Positions 22,807 through 28,111 of a stretch of 28,111 nt of DNA are shown here, in pieces; the first letter of the stretch is position 1; each line of letters starts with the position of its first letter. A program made the position numbers and the translations under genes. The stretch comes from an uncultured Thiobacillus sp. (lineage in GTDB: Bacteria; Pseudomonadota; Gammaproteobacteria; Burkholderiales; Thiobacillaceae), in contig CAZEOR010000001.1 in NCBI GenBank assembly GCA_964513695.1, positions 1 to 28,111 of the forward strand. Direction: 5' to 3'. The notes under the pieces were generated by a model, which saw only the letters and a list, made by a program, of their open reading frames with translations, had not been told where the DNA came from and ran no database searches.

Positions 22807-23571
22807 TTATTGAAAAAACCCCTTGGACAGCAACTCCATGGTGAGCAGCCTGTAGTCGTGGGCGCCGGGGGAATCGGCCGAGTAAGCGAAGATGTCCATG
22901 CCATGGGCCGGGCTCTCGGACAGGGCCGGGTCGTCCTGGATGCGGGTTTCACACAGGTTCTCTCCGTAGCGGCTCTTCAAGCTGGCCAGGGCTTCGCGGC
23001 ACAGTGGCTTGCTTTCGTCGAAACGGGTCATCACGACACGACGCGGGATACGCCGCTTGAGCGGGCCTTCCAGCACGTTGAGGGCCATATCCAGACGGTT
23101 CAGGCCCTGAATGGAGAGAAAGTCAGCGGTGACCGGAATCAGAACCCGGTCCGCGGCAAACAGCGCGTTCAGGGAAAGCACGCCCAGGGCCGGGGCACAA
23201 TCTATGAGGATCGGGGAGTCTTCCCAGGCCAGGGTGGCTTCCAGCCCTCGTTTCAGGCTGCCCGCCACCCCCGGCGTGGAACCCATCATCGCGTCGATCT
23301 TGGACAGGTCCGGATGGCCTGGCAACAGTCGAATTCCATTGCCGAGACGGCGGATGAGCCGATCCACCGGGGTTTTGTCGCGGAAAAACGCGGCAATGGA
23401 AGCATTGCTGGGGGGATTCTTCACGCCCAGTGCCAGGCTGACATGGGCCTGGGGATCGAGATCCAGCACGATAGGTTTGCGTTCCAGCAGGGCCAGAGAG
23501 GCAGCAACGTTGAGCGTGGTGGTGGTCTTGCCTACGCCGCCTTTCTGGTTGAATACCGCAATGACTGCCAT
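22807..23571 (-). CDS. ParA/Soj-family ATPase (orphan)
   Basis: NQKGGVGKTTT deviant Walker A, LDLDPQAH, LIDCAPALG, AADRVLIPV, SESPAHG. No parB nearby. Confidence 0.9.
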   Translation of the reverse strand: MAVIAVFNQKGGVGKTTTTLNVAASLALLERKPIVLDLDPQAHVSLALGVKNPPSNASIAAFFRDKTPVDRLIRRLGNGIRLLPGHPDLSKIDAMMGSTPGVAGSLKRGLEATLAWEDSPILIDCAPALGVLSLNALFAADRVLIPVTADFLSIQGLNRLDMALNVLEGPLKRRIPRRVVMTRFDESKPLCREALASLKSRYGENLCETRIQDDPALSESPAHGMDIFAYSADSPGAHDYRLLTMELLSKGFFQ

Positions 23572-23613
23572 CTCTGTTGCCTTTCTGAGTTAGATGCCTG
23601 TTTCAGTAGGCTG

Positions 23614-25440
23614 TTATTCCACTGTGACCGACTTGGCCAGATTGCGGGGCTGATCCACGTCGGTGCCCTTCAGCACTGCCACGTGATAAGCCAGAAGTTG
23701 CAGCGGCACACTGTAGACGATGGGTGCCGTGCTCGGATAGATGTCTGCCAGGGTCAGGTTCTGGTAACGGTCCAATTCGATCTTCACGGTCTGGTCGCTG
23801 AACAGGAACAACTCGCCGCCCCGGGCGCGGACTTCCTGAAGGTTGGACAGAACCTTGTCCAGCAGTGGGTCATCCGGCAGGGCACAAACCACGGGCATGG
23901 AGGCGTCCACCAGGGCCAGGGGGCCGTGCTTCAGCTCGCCGGCAGGGTAGGCCTCGGCGTGTATGTAGGAGATTTCCTTTAGCTTGAGAGCGCCTTCCAG
24001 GGCAATGGGGTAGAACGGCCCGCGCCCCAGGAACAAAGCATGGACCTTGTCGGCAAAGGCTTCCGCCATGGTTTTGATGGCATCCGATAGTTTCAGCACC
24101 ACTTCCACCTGGCGGGGAAGGGCATGCAGTTCATCCACCAGGCGCTTCTCATCATCGGCGGATAAACCCCGCCGTTTTGCCAGCGCCAGAGTGACCAGAC
24201 GCAGCGCGGTGAGCTGAGTCGTGAAGGCCTTGGTGGAGGCCACACCGATTTCAGGCCCGGCCCGGGTCATCAGGGCAACATCGGATTCCCGAGTAAGGGA
24301 GCTTTCCGGCACGTTGCAGATGGTCAGGGAGCCCACGTAGCCCGCCTGTTTGGCGAAGCGCAAGGCAGCCAGGGTGTCGGCCGTCTCACCGGACTGGGAA
24401 ATGGATAGGAAAAGCGTGCCGGGCGGCACCACCACCTTGCGGTAGCGGTATTCGCTGGCCACTTCGACGCTACAAGGGATACCGATCTCTTCCAGCCAGT
24501 AACGCGCCACCATGCCGGCGTGGTAACTGGTGCCGCAGGCGATGATATGGACACCCCCGGTCTTGTCGAATAGCGTCTTGGCCTCGTGTCCGAAGCTTTC
24601 CTCCAGCAACTTGCCCTTGTGGATGCGGCCTTCAAGGGTTTCCGAAATCACCGCGGGCTGCTCGAAGATTTCCTTCAGCATGTAGTGCTGATAAGGGCCT
24701 TTGTCGGCGGTAGACGCGGAGATCTGGGAAATGCGCTCTGGACGCTGGACGGCATTGCCAGCGACATCGAAGACGCGGACAGAGTCCCGGCGAATTTCGG
24801 CAATGTCGCCTTCTTCCAGGAACATGAAGCGCTGGGTGACAGGCAACAGGGCGAAAACGTCGGAGGCGATGAAGTTCTCGCCCACACCGAGACCGACCAC
24901 CAGAGGACTGCCGGCTCGGGCGACCACCAGCCGGTCAGGCTCGTTGGGCGTGGACACAGCGAGTCCGTAGGCGCCGACCAGACGCTTCACCGCCTTCTGG
25001 ACGGCATGCAGAAGGTCAGGCTCACTATCCAGCAGATAGGCCAGGAGGTGAGCGATCACTTCCGTATCGGTTTCCGAAGTGAAGAAAAAGCCCTTGGCTT
25101 TGAGTTCTCCGCGCAGTTCGGCATGGTTTTCGATGATGCCGTTGTGCACCACGGCCACTTTCTCACCACTCATGTGAGGGTGGGCGTTACGTTCAGCGGG
25201 AATTCCGTGGGTGGCCCAACGGGTATGGGCGATACCGAGATCGCCGCTGATGGGGTTCGCCTCCACCAGCTGGCGCAGCATCGCCACCTTGCCCACGGAT
25301 CGGATGCGGGCCAGATGGCCGTCTGCTTGGCGTACGGCCAAGCCGGCGGAGTCATAGCCCCGGTATTCCAGACGTTGCAGGCCCTCTATCAGGATGGGAA
25401 CCACGTTTCGTTGGGCGACTGCGCCAACAATGCCACACAT
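23614..25440 (-). CDS. glmS: Glutamine-fructose-6-phosphate aminotransferase
   Basis: [71 protein letters not shown]. Confidence 0.98.
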   Translation of the reverse strand: MCGIVGAVAQRNVVPILIEGLQRLEYRGYDSAGLAVRQADGHLARIRSVGKVAMLRQLVEANPISGDLGIAHTRWATHGIPAERNAHPHMSGEKVAVVHNGIIENHAELRGELKAKGFFFTSETDTEVIAHLLAYLLDSEPDLLHAVQKAVKRLVGAYGLAVSTPNEPDRLVVARAGSPLVVGLGVGENFIASDVFALLPVTQRFMFLEEGDIAEIRRDSVRVFDVAGNAVQRPERISQISASTADKGPYQHYMLKEIFEQPAVISETLEGRIHKGKLLEESFGHEAKTLFDKTGGVHIIACGTSYHAGMVARYWLEEIGIPCSVEVASEYRYRKVVVPPGTLFLSISQSGETADTLAALRFAKQAGYVGSLTICNVPESSLTRESDVALMTRAGPEIGVASTKAFTTQLTALRLVTLALAKRRGLSADDEKRLVDELHALPRQVEVVLKLSDAIKTMAEAFADKVHALFLGRGPFYPIALEGALKLKEISYIHAEAYPAGELKHGPLALVDASMPVVCALPDDPLLDKVLSNLQEVRARGGELFLFSDQTVKIELDRYQNLTLADIYPSTAPIVYSVPLQLLAYHVAVLKGTDVDQPRNLAKSVTVE

Positions 25441-25469
25441 GCTGTTCTCCTCGTATTTCTAATACCTGG

Positions 25470-26840
25470 TTATTTCTTCTTGACCGGCCGCTGCCAGCCG
25501 GGAATGGTGAGTTGCTTCGCACGGGACAGGGTAAGCTGGCCGGCGGGCGCATCCTTAGTCAGCGTGGTACCGGCGCCCAGGGTGGCACCTTCGCCCACGG
25601 TGACGGGAGCGACAAGCTGGGTGTCAGAACCGATGAAGGCGTTGTCCTCGATCACCGTGCGGAACTTGTTGGCACCGTCGTAATTGCAGGTGATGGTGCC
25701 GGCCCCGATGTTCACCTTGCGGCCCACGGTGGCATCGCCCACATAGGACAGATGGTTGATCTTGGAATTGAAGCCCACCTGGCTGTTCTTGATCTCGACG
25801 AAGTTGCCGATGTGGGTTTCCTCGGCCAGGTCGGTGCCCGGGCGCAGGCGCGAAAAGGGGCCGATCTGGGCGCGGGCGCCGACTTTCGCGCCTTCGAAAT
25901 GGCAGAACGGGCGTATTTCCACGCCCGCTTCGACCTGGGTGTCCTTGAGCACGCAGTTAGCGCCCACTTTCACGCCATCGCCAAGAACGACGCGACCCTC
26001 GAACACGCAGTTGACATCGATTAGCACATCCTTGCCGCACTCCAGGCTGCCGCGCACGTCGATGCGGGCCGGGTCGATGAGGGTGACGCCCTGGACCATG
26101 AGGGTGTCGGCGATGTTGCTCTGATGGGTGCGCTCCAGTTCGGCCAGTTGCTGGCGGCTGTTGATGCCCAGCACTTCCCACTCGGCGGCCGGGTGGCAGG
26201 GAATGACCTTCTCGCCCTCGGCGGCGGCCATGCCGATCACATCGGTGAGGTAGTACTCGCCCTGGGCATTCTTGTTGGTGAGCCGGGACAGCCAGCCGGC
26301 AAGCTTGCCGGCGGGCAGGCAGAGGATGCCGGTGTTCACCTCGTCGATGGCCAACTCCTCGGGGCTGGCGTCCTTGTGCTCGACGATGCGCTCCACCTGA
26401 CCCCGGGCGTTGCGCACGATGCGACCGTAGCCGGCGGGATTGGCGAGTCGCACGGTGAGCAGGGCGATGACGCCTTCCCGGGCGATGAGGGTCATTTCCT
26501 GGAGCGTTTCCGGCCGTGTCAGGGGCACGTCGCCGTAGAGAATCAGACAAAGGGCGTCCGGATTGAGATAGGGGACGGCTTGCTGCACCGCGTGGCCGGT
26601 GCCGAGCTGGGGTTCCTGTTTCGCCCAGGCGAGATCTGGACGAGCGATGGCCTGGGGCAGGACTTCGCCGCCATGGCCATAAACCACGCAGATCTTTTCC
26701 GGGGCCAGGCTATCGGCAGCGGCGAGCACGTGGCCGAGCAGGGGTTTGCCGGCGAGGGGGTGCAGGACCTTGGGCAGATCGGATTTCATCCGGGTACCCT
26801 TGCCGGCGGCGAGGATGACGACATTCAGGGCTGTGCTCAT
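25470..26840 (-). CDS. glmU: Bifunctional UDP-GlcNAc pyrophosphorylase/GlcN-1-P acetyltransferase
   Basis: [36 protein letters not shown], hexapeptide repeats, NYDGANK. Confidence 0.98.
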   Translation of the reverse strand: MSTALNVVILAAGKGTRMKSDLPKVLHPLAGKPLLGHVLAAADSLAPEKICVVYGHGGEVLPQAIARPDLAWAKQEPQLGTGHAVQQAVPYLNPDALCLILYGDVPLTRPETLQEMTLIAREGVIALLTVRLANPAGYGRIVRNARGQVERIVEHKDASPEELAIDEVNTGILCLPAGKLAGWLSRLTNKNAQGEYYLTDVIGMAAAEGEKVIPCHPAAEWEVLGINSRQQLAELERTHQSNIADTLMVQGVTLIDPARIDVRGSLECGKDVLIDVNCVFEGRVVLGDGVKVGANCVLKDTQVEAGVEIRPFCHFEGAKVGARAQIGPFSRLRPGTDLAEETHIGNFVEIKNSQVGFNSKINHLSYVGDATVGRKVNIGAGTITCNYDGANKFRTVIEDNAFIGSDTQLVAPVTVGEGATLGAGTTLTKDAPAGQLTLSRAKQLTIPGWQRPVKKK

Positions 26841-26890
26841 GGGGGGCGGCTCGGGCTGCTTGTTATCAGGTGGGACCGGAAACGCGCGTA

Positions 26891-26919
26891 AGTATAAACA
26901 GCCGGCCTGCCGCTGTCCG
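26891..26919 (-). promoter_or_regulatory. Possible sigma70 promoter for glmUS
   Basis: Minus strand CGGACA-N17-TATACT. Confidence 0.35.
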
Positions 26920-26924
26920 GGCCG

Positions 26925-26960
26925 CGCAAAAGAAAACGGCAGCCATCCGGGCTGCCGTTT
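26925..26960 (-). terminator. Rho-independent terminator of the atp operon
   Basis: AAACGGCAGCC/GGCTGCCGTTT 11-bp stem, followed on the minus strand by TCTTTT. Confidence 0.8.
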
Positions 26961-26981
26961 CGTCCGCCATTCCTACCTGCC

Positions 26982-27407
26982 TCAGTGCTTGATCTTGCGC
27001 AGTTTCTGGATGGCGGCCAGTTGTGCCACAGCCTCCGCCAGTTCGGCCTGGGCGCGGGCGTAATCCATGGACGAGGAGCGGTTTTTCATGGCCTCCTCGG
27101 CCTGGCGCTTGGCTTCCATGACGCGGGCCTCGTCCAGGTCGGCGCCGCGCAGGGCGGTGTCGGACAGGATGGTGACCACGCCGGGCTGGACTTCCAGGAT
27201 ACCGCCGGAGACGTAGATCAGGTCTTCCTCGGCCTTGTCCGGCGACTTGATGCGCACGGACCCCGGCTTGATGCGCGTGAGGAGCGGGGTATGGCGCGGA
27301 TAGATGCCCACTTCGCCCATCTCGGCAGGCACCACCACGAACTCGGCGAGACCCGAGTAGATGGAGGCTTCCGCGCTCACGATATCGACATGGATGGTCA
27401 TGGCCAT
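26982..27407 (-). CDS. atpC: F0F1 ATP synthase epsilon subunit
   Basis: [48 protein letters not shown]. Confidence 0.97.
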   Translation of the reverse strand: MAMTIHVDIVSAEASIYSGLAEFVVVPAEMGEVGIYPRHTPLLTRIKPGSVRIKSPDKAEEDLIYVSGGILEVQPGVVTILSDTALRGADLDEARVMEAKRQAEEAMKNRSSSMDYARAQAELAEAVAQLAAIQKLRKIKH

Positions 27408-27431
27408 GATGGCTGTCCTTTTTCCGTCCGC

Positions 27432-28111
<680 letters not shown>

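Noticed and set aside
23560-23650. Tn7 insertion at attTn7 (glmS 3' end [11 protein letters not shown] is present)
   Set aside because: No Tn7 end (TGT...) or tns genes follow the glmS stop. The site appears unoccupied.

Overview
GC-rich proteobacterial DNA, probably betaproteobacterial (inference). About 1-19.8 kb is a near-complete archaeal-type tetrahydromethanopterin (H4MPT)/methylofuran C1-transfer cluster for formaldehyde oxidation. Leftward: mptG-mtdB-orfY-mch-orf5-orf7-fae, a zinc-finger/QueD-like fusion gene, then orf1(mfnD)-orf9(mfnF)-pabB-orf21(mfnE), with orf17 (HisA-like) on the opposite strand inside this run. Rightward: fhcB-fhcA-fhcD-fhcC plus a coupled histidine phosphatase. 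A 5'-truncated mfnB (orf22) lies at the left edge, fused to an unrelated 3-hydroxyisobutyryl-CoA-hydrolase-like fragment (probable chimeric end). The right third holds a PCu(A)C copper chaperone, a class II cytochrome c, bioA, an orphan ParA, glmS, glmU, atpC and the 3' part of atpD. Main observations: (i) back-to-back sigma54 promoters with a central perfect palindrome and two IHF-like sites between mptG and fhcB; (ii) a gene behind fae joining a Ros/MucR-like Zn finger, a possibly LAGLIDADG-like middle and an atypical QueD/PTPS domain, a candidate pterin-sensing regulator or pterin enzyme; (iii) three different short palindromic elements, one in-frame inside fhcB; (iv) divergent genes sharing one CATG. 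All family calls come from motif recognition by eye; no searches were run.
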